64,000 nucleotides of DNA, taken from positions 12,276,001-12,340,000 of the forward strand of contig CM120642.1 in the NCBI GenBank assembly GCA_051362555.1, read 5' to 3'. Below are positions 23,856-38,400 of this stretch, piece by piece; within the stretch, counting starts at the first letter, position 1; each line of letters opens with the position of its first letter. This DNA comes from Lingula anatina. Lineage: Eukaryota > Animalia > Brachiopoda. The notes beneath the pieces are model-generated. The model saw only the letters and a list, made by a program, of their open reading frames with translations. It did not search any database and had not been told where the DNA came from. Position numbers and translations under genes: made by a program.

Positions 23856-26800
23856 TCATACGGCTCCTACGGACTGCTGATCTCCCTCCAATGCAGCCAT
23901 ATTGGACTGTGCATTTGGTCCACTGGAATTCGTCCCATTTCCTAAGACTTTTGAGTTTGCTGTATTGGACCCTGACTGTTCAAAATTGGTCTCATGTTTG
24001 CCATTCAAATGACGAGAACCTGACTGGTCATTACTAATTATAGCACCGTTCTGAGAAATAGAGCCTTTTATGCCAATGTCGTTGTTGTTATGGTTGCTAA
24101 GCAATGGGGTGATCAGATCCCCTGCCAGTTCCATACGTAGTCCATTCATGCCCTCACTGGAATTGCTGTCAGTGCCAGTGAGTTTTGAGTGCAAATTAAG
24201 GTTTCCTGATACAGCCTCCTCCTCTGCGTCACTGTCCCCAGACTCTGAGCCAAAAGGATGTGTGGCTGGCAGGTGCATGTTCTTTATCTTGCTCATCCTC
24301 AGCTGCAACACCTACCATGTGAAAAAAAATGAAATAATGTCATTTATTGCACTAAAAGTAATGATTAATTTATAATAGCATATAACATAATAACTCTTCT
24401 TTCAAAAATGGGCAATTTCACAAGAAACTTTTATCTTTACAGAAAAAAGAAGGATATTTTGAACTTGTTTCACTTTGTGTCTGTTTTTGTTAAATTTCTT
24501 AAAAACTAGCTGCAAACACCAAAATCTTTTATCCCAAAATGCATAGTATTTTTAAAAGGTTATCACTCCTAACTAAATCTTATCTTGTCCCTGACCTCAT
24601 CCTGTAGATCAGCTATCCTGTTCTCCAGGTCCTGGGTCTCTCCTTTACTCTGTAACTGACCTGCAGTCACAAGTTCTTGGTTCTGGAAACAAAAGGATTC
24701 ATCTTGAGCTACAAATCAATCTGTGCTTCATTTTTTTTTTTTGTTTTGATTTAAAAACTTGACATGTATAAGGACCTTACTAAGTTTCTCTCCTGATCTT
24801 TTCTCTCAATCAACAGTTACATACAATTTGATATTTTATTTATATTAGGAAAACAATGCACAGCTGAGCTTAAGACAGATATCAAACTGCACTCTTTCAA
24901 CTTATATGATTTCTTGGAATAAATGTGCCTTTTTTTTGCTGATTTGGACACATATCTTCGCTCCAACACTACATTTGTGGCATGAGATTAACTAGCATAT
25001 TGGTAATTAAACCTACCTTTGGTGTTTTTTTTTTTTTTTTGAAAAATAAATTTTATTATACTACATTAAAAAAATAACTATTGCCATTGTTGTGTCTACT
25101 AAAATAGACATGACATCTTCATCCTCACCTGTATTTCCAGCTCTGCAATCTTCTGTCTCATTTCTGCTATTGTTGTAGAATGCTCAGCATTCTTTATTCT
25201 TGTCATCATACTTTCTTCTCTTACCTGGATTAAAAAAATCACCAGTATATCCCATACCATTCCAATGATAATTTTTTAATTGTGAAGTTTCAGTGTACTG
25301 AAAAGTAAGTTTCAGTGTCTACATTCGGAGTAACTCTTTTTATCAACATCATATCACTGTAATTGTCTTGTTACATCAATAACAATGTACAAAAACACAC
25401 AATTTGAAATCAATGCAAGAGTAAATGAAAATGTTTTATTTATGACTTCAAGGAGTACAGTGACTAAATACTACAGAATAAATGTTACCCCTACCCTTGA
25501 TTCACTGTCTGCAGATTTTCTTTCAAGTGCCAGAATTTCATTTCTCAACTCCTTTTCTTTTTCACCCATTGCTTCTATCTTATCTTTCAACTTTTTGTTT
25601 TCCTCATCCATTCTTCTGATCTGGTGGCTGCAGATTTGGTTCTGAAACAACAACCATTACAATTTCCATGATAAAGATTTAACAGTTGCTTCAATGAAGA
25701 TAATTTTCAAAATAGTTCAAATTATTATTATTATTATTTTATTTTTGATGTCTTGTTCAGGTTATTCAATGTGAGTCCTGTTTCAAAAGAAGGTTTGGTA
25801 AACTTCTGTTTTACAGTGTTACTTAATGTACCCAGTGTACTTAATGTATGCAGTATGTGCATGGATGTGTGCATGTGCACGTGCACATACCTGCGTCTCC
25901 AGCTCCATGACCCTGGCCTTCATTTCCTTGACATCTGCCAGGGACTCGGCCTCTCTCAGTTTCACCCCCATCAACTCATCCTGCAGGTTCTGGACCACTG
26001 CCTTGCTGTTCTTCTCCTTGGTTTTAGGACTGGCATTCACCTTCTCCCAGTATTTCTATGAAAATGTGATTTAAAATTTGCTAAATGTAAACTGCCTTTT
26101 TGTATACTTTTCTACAAAAGGTCATTTATACTTTATCCAAAAAAATTCTTTACAAACATCACAAGATACTTGTAGACAGCTTCCTTGTAGACATCACACA
26201 CATGCAACATATCCAATATGCTAAGAATATGTCCAAATCTACAGTGCTGTAAAAATAAAGCTCTTTTTCCTTATCATGTAATCGGTCTTTTATTAAACTT
26301 CATGATCGATTTCTAAAACCACCAGAGTATTAAACCGCATTTTCTTACATCCCAATAGTCTGTCAAGTATTTTATCTGCTGCCTGAGTTCTTTTACAGCC
26401 AGGCGTCCCTCTGCCTCCCGTAGCTTCACAGCGATCAGTTCCTCTTGGATTGAGGCGATCTCTGACTCTGGCTCTGTTTGCAGTCTTCTGTTTGTCTACA
26501 ATGAGAATGATGAAAATGAATTAAGAGAATGGGAAGGCACATGCAGAAATAAGTAATTTTGAAATAGATGACAAGATCTGTTAAAATGGTTTATCCCTAT
26601 ATTGTGAAAATACCTCCAAAATGTTTTTAAAAAATAAAAAAAAATTCTGGCATGATCAGAAAATAATGATGAACACAAGCAGACTGAGGCAGTTAATCAC
26701 ACTTACATTTTCTAATTCTCTAATCTTGTCCACCATTTCTTTGACATTACAGCTCTGGTCAGCAGCCTTGAGCCGCACAGTGACCAGCTCTGACTGCAAC

Positions 26801-29456
26801 TGCTTGATGACCTCCTCCTGCTCACTGTCCACTGATGTAGTGGACGTTACACTGGACGTCTAAGAGAAATCATTTAATATGTTCATCTTCACATTTTTGT
26901 TGGAAAAATAGTTCTTAATACTAGGATACTCTGAGATTTAAAAAAAACTGCATGCTTCCAATAATAATATCAATTGGGTTTCTACATCTCAAATTTTCTT
27001 AACTCAAGTTAATGCCTTTACAACTGTGTTTGTGTGAATATAAAAGAAGGAATGCAGTGCCACCTACCCTTTCTTTCTGCAACTGTTTGATGGTGTTTTG
27101 TGCCTCCTCCAACTGTTTCTTCAACTCCTCGTTCTGTGTCCTCATCCCAGACATGTCCCGCTTTAAGATGAACATTTCCTCTGCTTCCTGGGCTTTGGTC
27201 ACCTGGTTGTGGATCAGTCTGTCTGCCAGAGTGGCAGTCTCCTAAAGAAATATTACATAAATTTAATACTTTTTTTAAATCTAAATTAAATGAATTCATA
27301 TATTTTGTTTTTGTTTTTTTCGATATTTGTCATATTTGTTATAACTGTCATAAAGGATTATATGCTCCATCAAATTAAAAATTATCCCATATTTGAGCTG
27401 TTATAAGTTACTTATCACATATGCCAAATGAAAGATAAATCAATAGACTTTTTGGATATTTAATTAATGTGCATCAACAGAAAATAAAAGCCAGACGAAC
27501 AGTAACATGCTAGTACACATAAACACAATATTCAAACAACATTTAACAGTCTCTGAAAAAATATATATAATATTTTATTAAAGAAGACATGTATTCATTA
27601 AGAGGGGAGCATAAAAAAACACAAATGACAAATGGGAACACCATGTCACAGATATTTACAAATGCACTCAGATGCTAACAATTTGTGTAAAACTTACGTG
27701 AGACTTATCCAACTGCTGTGAGGCAGAAATTAGGAAGACAGATACCATGTGAGGTTATTCAGTGCAAGACAATTGTGTGTTCGGTGTCAAAAATATTTAC
27801 ACAAGACAGAGCAGAAACACTGGCAGCTATTTATTCATTACTATATTATGTACAATGCTAAATTACAACATACTTCCTCAAAAACATCCACTCTTAATAT
27901 AACAGAATCACCAACTACCGTACCATTACATTGTCAATCAAAATAATTATGAAATGTTAATTAATGGTCAAAGAGCATATCCCTAACCTGAATATTGCAT
28001 AAATTGATAATTTTTATTGGCAATATAAATCCCCCCCAAGAAAAGTAATAATGAATAAATAAATAAAACATAAACATTTAAATAAAGGAAGATGTAAGTT
28101 GAATTTTACAAGTTTGTTTATAATAGTAAAACAGTATTGTAATGTGCAAAATATTTTTCCCTTACAGTTTAACCTAAATTCAATCTGCCTGCCAAACACC
28201 AAGCACCAAATATACCACTGTGTCATAGACTCACACACATATTTACACATATTACACTCACCATTTTTCAACCTCCCAAAATGATATTTCTCTGAGGTCA
28301 TAAGGTTATTGGATTAATTTTCATAACGCTTTATGTGGTGAAATATTAACAGATTGCAACCGTTGTTGAAATCAGGGTCATTTTAGCATTAATTTTTTAA
28401 ATCTTCATAAATCTATTACTGAAATTAATATAATATCTCCATTATCCCAAAAAAGCTTAGAAAAGCTGGACCAATTTAAAGGTTAATGGCATTGTTACAA
28501 TGGTGTTTGCTAAATTTAACCTTGTATTTGAAGAAAAATATAGCAAACAATTTCTGTAACAAGAACTCTGTAGCTAATTAGCATTTCATGATATGTCACA
28601 AGAGCCTGTAACTCACCTTTTTCAATAAACTGGGCATTTTTCTGGGAAACTTTACTACGTCTTTTTTAGGAATTGACTAGAGACAACAAATGTGAATGTA
28701 TTTAATTTTCATTACAGTAACTTCCAGGCCTTTGCTTTATTTTACAGAAAATGTTTCCAAATGCTTGACTTATTCTTCTGAACATTATTTAATTAAATTT
28801 GACACTTAAAATACCTACATCTTGTTTCTGAATCTGAAATTATGAGTTATCATTTATATTTACTTAACAATCTGTGACGAATAAGCTGTTAATTACCCAA
28901 ATGAAATTATAACAGTTTTTATTATAATTTTGTTGTATATACCATTAAAATTTTAAAGCTTAGTTCAGTAGCATTTTTCACATGGTTGTTTTAGGCTTTT
29001 CCTAAACTGCAGCAAGTGACAAAACCCCAACTATTGTCAGTTATTTACTCTTAAAGACCATTCTAATGCCCCTTCATTCACACTTTCTGTCACCAACAAT
29101 CATGACCTACCACACACTATCATGGTTTTCTATGCAAAAAGAAATTTATTCAACTTTTCATTAATATACGTTATCATTATATTTACTGTAGATTTGAGGC
29201 ATTTTGCAATTATTCACAATAATTCTTCATGTCTGCCGACTTGCAGGACAACAGTCACATTTTCTACAAGAATTATATGATTGTTCAGTAACTTAGTACA
29301 TTCAACATATATAGTTAATCACCCAAATAATCTCACATACCTCACAAGCATCATTTAGTTCTGTAAGTTTTTAAGGCAGGTTTAAGATAGATAATAAATA
29401 AATAAATAAACAAAATTCTGTTCATCACCTGTGTGTGTGTGTGTGTATGTGTGCAA

Positions 29457-29498
<42 letters not shown>

Positions 29499-32400
29499 AT
29501 GTGCGTGTGTGCATTTCAGCAACAAGTTTGGACCTGACTTTCCAAAGTGACAATGAGAAAGCAGTGCAATGGCAGTGAAAGCAACCCAGTGCTATACCAT
29601 TGTGAGAACAACCATGTCCACAGAAGACCCACACAAAAATTATATCAATGTCAAAGCCTCACACAAAAATTATATCCATTTTTTGCACCAGTGGCATTAA
29701 ATGACCTTCTTCTTTTTTCTTGTAATCGATTTCTTTAATGTGTCATTAATTTTACTATAAAATTATTGTTTGATTTGTCTGGCTTTTTTAGTTATTTGGA
29801 AAATTAATATAATTCTTTGGTGGGCACAGAGACAGGCCACAGGTTTGTATAGTATATATTTCCCAGTTAATACTGTAAGTGATTGATAAAATAAATCTAC
29901 CTTTTCCAAGTTATCTATCCTTTGCCTCAGTAGTCGGTTTTCAGTCCGTAATCTCTGAAGAGAAAAGCAAGAAGATCAAAAATATAAGCAATTCTCTTGC
30001 CTGGTCATAATACTGATGCCATACAATTAGTACATGAACTGTTACATGTAGTATATAACTGAAGCTGATATTTTAAACAAGATTAGTAAAAGAGATTTTT
30101 AACTCTCAAAACAACATTTAATTATTAAAAAACTGATAAAAAATGTGTTACCCTTAATTCTATTTGTTCTTCATTCTCCTTTGCCTTCAATGTAGTGTAT
30201 TCTTTTTCCAATCTGAAATAGAGAAATTCCATGTATACATCAATGCCAATGCATCAAAAACTGCTTTTTTTTAATGAAAAATTCCAGTAATTAGTACATA
30301 AAACTGACCTCAGGCCAAATGAAAATGCATCAATATTACTTTTGTTTGTCTTTGTAAATAAATCTCTCATCAACAATGCAAGAAAAACCCTTTGCTTGGT
30401 TATCTTAATGCTTTCTTTGAACAGTTAATTATTGCACTAACAAGATGATTAACAAACTACTCTTCTTAGTTCTGGAAAACAATATATTTTCTACAGTACA
30501 ACCCTCTGTGATAAAAGTCTCTTAAAGTAGCAAAAACACTTAATTAACAAGCACTCAAGTATCTCATTGGTGTCCCAGTAAAGAAGATTTATTCCACAGA
30601 CTGTTAACTGGGTAATGATACCATCCTAAGTGGGCAAAAGTTGACCTTTATTGAATTAGCCAAATGGTCCCCATGATACCAGCTGTTTGAAAATAATCAT
30701 TAGTTTTTTTTTTTTTTTTTACATCTCAGTGAAAACAGCTGTGTCATTCTGACAGAGGCCAGCCTCCCACCATGGCATGTTTTCCTCTGCTTATAATTTA
30801 CAAACCTAGTTGGGCCGGGAAAGGGGGGGGAGAGCAGATCAAACTTTAAATTAAAATTAAATAAATGAATAAAGTTCATACTGTGAGTAAAATGGACCTT
30901 ACTTTCAAATTTTCATTTGAATATAAAAGGATGAGCCTTCATAACTTTAGGTTGGCTATTTTCATAAATAAAACTGAATTAAAATTCAAAGAATGAGGTT
31001 AAATTACAAGCATGTCCCAATTTCTTTAAATAATTTAGAAAACCTACTTAATCAAAAAACAAGGACTGATCAGACATCATAGCATCCTCCATTACTAATT
31101 ATAATATCAAAATACCATGTAGTCTGTGTAAAGTTGTAGCTGCATGAAACAGCTAGGGAGGGAACGACAGTAGATGGGATATTTATTGCAATCAAATCCA
31201 CATAATTACCTACAAAGTTCATTTGTCATTTTTGTTTTTGTCACCCCACGGCAACCGCAAACCACTTCCTTTCAAAGTTACACTGATGTTTTCTGCTAAA
31301 AATACTTATATTGCTTGTAATGGATGAATTTCAACAAGGGTTCTTCAAATTAACATAAGAACTATATACCAAGACACAATTCATATAACAAACACTTCTG
31401 AGGTGAAAGACTGAATTTGGGGCTTCTGAGACACCTTTAGAGCAGAAACCTGTTATTACATTCATTACCTTGAACAAAATGAAAAACACTGTCTATAGAC
31501 TCAAGCACTGATCAGACACAAAAAAACAACATATTTTTTAGCAACAGAACTCTGTCTGTGCATTCATTGAATGGACATCTGTCACAAACTCACAGACCAC
31601 TCCACTAAATCCAAAGTGGACAATTTCACAGTCATTCATCTTAAGTTGAAAACAATAATGACAGTATCACATTAACTTAACAACAACATCCCATCTGCCA
31701 CATGATAACTGAATATACATGGACTCTGAGCTTTTTTCTCTGACTTAATGGGGGTTATTAATGTCCTGATATCAAACTTGAAGATTAATCATCTTGTCAT
31801 TTATACCATCAATTGAGGAATCACAGTTAGGTTATTCATAAATAGCCATGAGCAACCAGGGTTGCTATCTTTTTCTCATTCACTGTTATTTGTCAAGCTT
31901 GAATGAGTTATTATTATTATTATTATTATTATTAATTTAATTGTTAATTCTGAGAAAATGGGCACCTCATGACAAGAATGGCATGTTTCTTATTGATAAA
32001 AGTTTAAAATCAGTAATGCAGATTTATAACAACTAACATATAATATTTATACCCACTCTTCATAAGTCTGGGGCAATTTTTTCTCCTCTTCCTCATCCTC
32101 AAACCCTGAGAACTCTATGGTGTACATGGTGCACAGTTCATATGTACAAGTTAATATTATAATTCTATATCACATGCACTTCCCTGAGAATTAAAACATG
32201 ATGCATATTGAAGTTGGTAAAACTACATGTAGTTGTATGTTCCCACGTATGACAATGATTCCTACAAAGCAGTCAATAGTTTCCTGAGAATGGTATATTA
32301 ATTGTATGTTATCCTGAATGGTATTTTTGTTTGGTGACAGTCAAGAAAGTATGCATTTACGACTTGCTGTATTGCACTTTGTCAGCTTTCTGCTCAGTTT

Positions 32401-35400
32401 ATTCCTAATATCTACTCCATTTAGCACATTGTTTCTCGTGGGGTTTTAACTTGTACAAAAGAGAAACTCTAAAACACATCAATCCATTGTCAAGACAACA
32501 AAATTTCAATCTAGACATATACATATATTGCACACCTAGCATGGGACATCTCATGGTATTCTGGTGTCACTTTCTTGCTGGAGGCCAGGCTCCAACTTTC
32601 CACAGTAGGCGGCCTTGTTCACCGATACCAAGCATGTCAAAAAATAAATAAAAACTCCCCTCTGTCAAGTATTCAGGATCTATAATTAATCCTACTTGTC
32701 TTTTTTTTTTTCAGGTACTCCCACATAAAACTGGACTAATGTCTATGTTGTAGCACTGTAGATGAAAAATTAAATCCCAGTTTGTCCTGCTGCATGAACG
32801 TCCCTGTCGCCAATTGCTCCTCCATTCACATATCTTATGGTCTAACAGTTTATATTATACACTATACTTCTCTGTCCTCTGGCTAGCTGTCAGAAGGATA
32901 ATCACAGGGTTAATGAAGGACATTTAATTCCTAGTGTGTGTGTAGATGTGCATAACTGTTCAGTGCTGGTAGACTTCAAAGCAATGCATGCATATATTAT
33001 GACCAGTATATAAGTCCAAGTCATCTGTCACTGTGACTGCCTCTCTCTTTTCAGGTAGACTTGGACACATATTAAGTATATGGGTATAGTAATTCCATGC
33101 TATGGCTTTTCTCAGGTAACCCTGGACACTTATTAAGTGTGATCACAGAAAATATTCTGTATGCCTCTGACTAGGTTTACGACATCAGAGAATATTTTGA
33201 CCAAGTCATATCTTGCAGTGATCCAGTGATGATTTCATTGTCAAAAAGAATCACAGACTTCAGATATTTCTGGCTGCACATGGTATTTTCCAATACAAGC
33301 TGCTCCTATTCTCTCTCTTCTTGCAATATATATATATATCCAGTAGCTAACACTTCCCTCTGTATATATCCTGTTTGGTTTAAGTGAAGCCTGAGATAAT
33401 GATAATGATGATGGCATCTACCTGTACAGCTGAGCACCCTTCATACCTAAATCTACCATTTCTAGAGAACTGACACTGTGTTAATGTTCTCCAAACACTA
33501 TGAATATATATCCTTCTTAAACACAACAACTTGTGCAGTCCTCTTAATGGTGTGCCATCCTCTTTTCATGCTACAGGTGAAAAAATATATACAGGAATTC
33601 CTGTGTCAATTCTGCTTTCCACAATGAACTGTTACTTATCAGGTCCAACCTGACACTTATCTCAGCTTACAGTCACAATGGGTTTGATTTCATGATATTG
33701 TATGCCCCACTAGCATTTGTAGCCTATAGTCAATCAATGCTGTGTGACACCAGCACCAGCAGTAACAGTTGTATATGTACAGTGTTTGTCATTGCTGTCT
33801 GTTACAAAGTCTGTACAAAATTGGTTTTACACAATCCAGTTAGTTCATACTACCATTGGAATTTTACATCAAAAAGATAAATGAATCAGATATAACACAT
33901 CATCATGGAAGTCGTGTGTGAAGTTTCTGCTTTCTGACCCTGTCACGAAGTCTTATTTCAATCATCTCCAGTATTTCACTCATTGCAATTCTCCTACCGA
34001 TCAATGGTCCATGATATTGTCAGACTTTTTAAGTGCAATCCTGTGTTACCAGATCCAGTAAGATGCTCCAAGACAAACAAATGAAATGACCCTGCAGTTA
34101 AAATACAATACCCCTAAAGCCTAAAAGGTAACATGTACTGTGATTATATGTACCAGATACAAAACCCTAGTATCCTCCAATACGAGTCAGGTGTCTATGT
34201 GCATTTACACATGCCAGGAATATACATGTACCAGTATACAATGTTGCATGTCCATTAGCCATAAGACCACAAATACACCCACACCGTGTAGTACAAATGG
34301 TGCCCGTTTCCCCACTTCACTGTGTATTATTCAGAATACTAATTAAAGTAAAGAACATCAGAGCTCTGTAACATGTAGAGTGTGGTATAGCCCCAGAGGT
34401 ACACCTGTTACTATCTCAGGGTCCCTGCAAAGTTCCATCTCTGGCTCAGTCTACTGTTCAAAAACATATCACTGCCTGAGAGAGCACCTGTCTTTGCCCC
34501 AAGGTACCTTGAATATGGATCAACAAGGTACCAGCCTTTACTTGAACAGTCTACAAATACAGCGTTAACTTGATATCTTTGTAGTTTCCACCAGGATACT
34601 CGTGTTTCATGAGGCGCACATAAAACAATTCACCTGTGAACATTTCCATGTGACACCCAGGTGAACATTCACATTGACATTAAATATACTAATTGTCAAC
34701 AATCTCCTGCCTTAGTACCACTTTATATAGCACCAGTACCCAGTCTCAGGTAAAATATGAGAATGTCCAGTATAAAATATTGGTCATTTATGTAGTGTAC
34801 AGTCTGATCACCAGGGTGTGGAATCACAAGCTGTAAGTTCAAATAAGTGGACGTCTCAGGTGACACTTTTTCACCTGATCCCTGCCCATTAAAATGTGTC
34901 CTTGCCCTCAAAGTGACCCAACTTAACTGCAATCCACCAGTCTGAATGTGACACCTAAAGAACACTAGATTGTTGTGATGCTATCTGTTTTCTTCTATGC
35001 CGCAAGGTTCAAGTTATTGCTTTTCAGGAATGCCAGTTGGATCTTCAGTTGCATATATTATAGACACATGACTTCCAATGGAAATGTGCTCGATTCAAAT
35101 CAACTCCCTCCGCATCCTGGTATTCTATGAAGAGTGAATGTTTTGAAAATTATCTAACATAATGGAGTCTATCAGGTATACTAAAGTGACCATCTATCAA
35201 TGGGCATGCATTTGAAGACATTTCACAACACTTTGGGGCACTGATTCCAGGCAAATAAAGTTAACCTCTTCATGCCAAAATTGGCTCAATCCATTGGCGC
35301 ATGTATTGAGGTGCTATCATCTTTTCCCCTGATAACGGAGTCATATAATTCAGCGTATACTGTTATACGATTTTCAATATAGAGCTTGAAAAATTATAAC

Positions 35401-38400
35401 ATTTAAATCGTCCTCATCTAATGCACCTTTCACCTATTTTCAGTATTTATTACATTCACACACATGAAAAGTTCAATTTCCTCCTGTACCCGTGGCACTC
35501 CAGAAAACAGGGATTCTCTTCACTGTGCGGTCTCCAAACTAGTCAATCAGGTAACACTACTAAAGAAGCTGCCGGCAAATGTCTGCCCTGTGTTGAACTG
35601 ACTACCAAAATGTGGCTGTCATTGAATACATCTCCATAAAACTGCTGGTTAAAACTGAAGTCTTCAAACTTTGAGCTGTGCACCTGAATACCTGTACATC
35701 AAGGTGCTAGTCAAAGGTGAGGATCCCTGGTATAAAATTAAGTCCAAGCAGAATCACACTGGTTAAGTGTTTAGTCAGGTTACCTGTCTGTGGACACTGG
35801 TCAAGTTACAATATATTGTTATGATGACAATACCGACTGACCCTTGGCTAAGTGTTGGTTTAATATAGACTAGCCGATTCTTAGCCCCGCCTTTCTTCCC
35901 CAGGCTTAATACAGTGTACACAGGTGATCTAATTTATAATATCAAAGAGCAAAATGTCAACAGAAATATGAGGAGGTTGTGCTGTCAGATGAGTGCAAGC
36001 ATCCAAGCATCATGAAATCCAGAGACTTGGTAATAATATGCTTTTCTTTCTATTATCTCAATATCATTGTATATGTAATCCAAAATACACATTTTACACA
36101 TTTGCACACTTTTTATCAATTATATTATAGTGTCATATATTCTGTATGACACATCAAATTGAACAAATTCAAACTTATTAAAGCTCTTCATCAAAGATCC
36201 TGGACAGGTGCAGAAATGACATTTTTACCCTGCTAATTTCATGTGATTTCTTATTCTATCTGTCTATACAAACATTACATGTGACTTCCACAGAACATGC
36301 ACTGTTTATCCATAACATAGAAGTAGAAACTTCTATGCCCATTACAAATATAACTATGACCTGTGTTTCCTCCATCTTCCATTACAGTCAGGCAGAAATT
36401 AATTACCTCCACCTTTAGTTACTACTGTACATCAATCTTATGCAATTTGGCTATGAAAACAACACACTGCACCTTGTCAATATACTCTGCTCATAGTGTG
36501 TTAGATTTAGAGAGCCACGAGTTTCTAAAAGGATGCTTTTGAATAATGAAGTAGATATCAAACAATTCACCTGTAAAATTTTTCATATGACATCAATGTC
36601 GGCAACATTGGTGTCTGGTTAGATGGCTAGACACAAAGTTATTAATACATTTATGTCCAATATTCTGAAAAGACATGTTTGTAACTGAACAAATGCAATA
36701 TAAAAAACGAGTCTTGTTTTTGATGTTCTACTATTATATGCTGAGGTTCTTGCAACAATACTATTACAAAATTTTGCATTCCTCTTTTTGTACAATAAAC
36801 GTATTTTAATCAACCTATACAGAACTTCAAACCATGGAAGGGTGGGGAGGGGGAGTAACTCAGTTATTTATTAGACATTTAAGAATCTACATTAAAGAAT
36901 ATAAGTCTTTTCCAGCTTCAAAAATTCTAAAATTCTAAAATTGCTACACATTTTACAATGAAAAAGCCACTATAACCATTCTATGGTCTATATCACACAG
37001 TAGGGTCTCTTAACAAAATGACCATGTGTTCTCTTCTATTGCATCTATTATACATATATATATATATTATACCTGAAAAGATATGCGGAATTTATTTTGT
37101 AGATAAACTGAAATTTAATGTTTTAGATAAGACGAGAACAGATTTGGGCCTGCCCAAAACTGTCAAGTCAGAGAAATCTATCGTGTCATCTAGGTCTATT
37201 CTTCCAACTAAACAGGTATTATAGCTCCAAGGGGCAGACAGATAAACTCCTCCCATTTACCTATAGTTAAGAAGATTTTGACACCGTGTACAAATAGTAC
37301 AAATGCATAAATCTAACACATGGGAACTCCTACCACATCCACATGTCAGATGGCCAATCGGTCTTGGTGCTTTATAGTTGATTGCCCCCCTCTCTCCCCC
37401 CCCCCCAAAAAAAAAAAAAATCCTAGCAATGGTTTATCCATATTTTCTCAAATCCTAGCTACATAGCTAATAATTTTCATTCAAATGAGTACCTTCATTC
37501 TGTTCAATCCCTCCAGGTAAAAAATATCACTGATAATAGATCCCTGTATACCTGAGATCAGCTGAATTCATATGCTTTATCATCCTTCTATAAACCACAT
37601 AGAATGCTAAGCAATGCTTAGTCCATACCAGAACACATGTTAAAGCTTATAAAAACCATTTAATTTACTGCTCATAGGTCCCCAAAGTAAATGTGTAGAA
37701 CTTGAAAGTATAGTGGAACATTTTGCAAGCACATTCTAGCAACATGCAAATTTAAGGGGTTGTCTGCACTTTGGGAAGACAAGAGGGAATATTAAAACAG
37801 GCTTGGACAAACTGCCATGTACTTGTTTTTCTTTTCTTTTTGTCAATATAATGAAAGCAGGAACTTGCAGATGAGAATTTAATGGTATTTTAAGAATGTT
37901 ATCAAACAGTTAAACAGCATATATTTTCCCAGACAAAAGTGCACAAAAACTTATAGTCATCCTTTTTCCATGGAAGTCACATCTATCCTTTCTTCCAGGC
38001 ATTAATCAAATTATACCCAGAGAGAAAAATCCTTTAGGGGCTAAATTTGCAGTTACCTTCACTTTGCACATCTTTTCTTTTCATTTTGTGTTTATACTTT
38101 TAGAATGGTTTAATATCAACTTTATCTTTTAGCATCTGAACATATCATAGTTTCACGCATGCATGCATGCCTACCCATTCATGCACACGCACGCATGCAC
38201 ATGCACGCACACACACACCACTGCCACCATAAAAGATGAGGTGAATCATCTTTCATCTCTAAACGTATACACCACATTTCAAGAGGGTTACAGAGGATCC
38301 ATCTGCCATGAACTCACAATAATTCTCTGTTTGTTATTTTCTCAGCATGTTACAAGTACATTAGATAATGACTGTGGTTGGTTGTAGAATACCATTGCTC

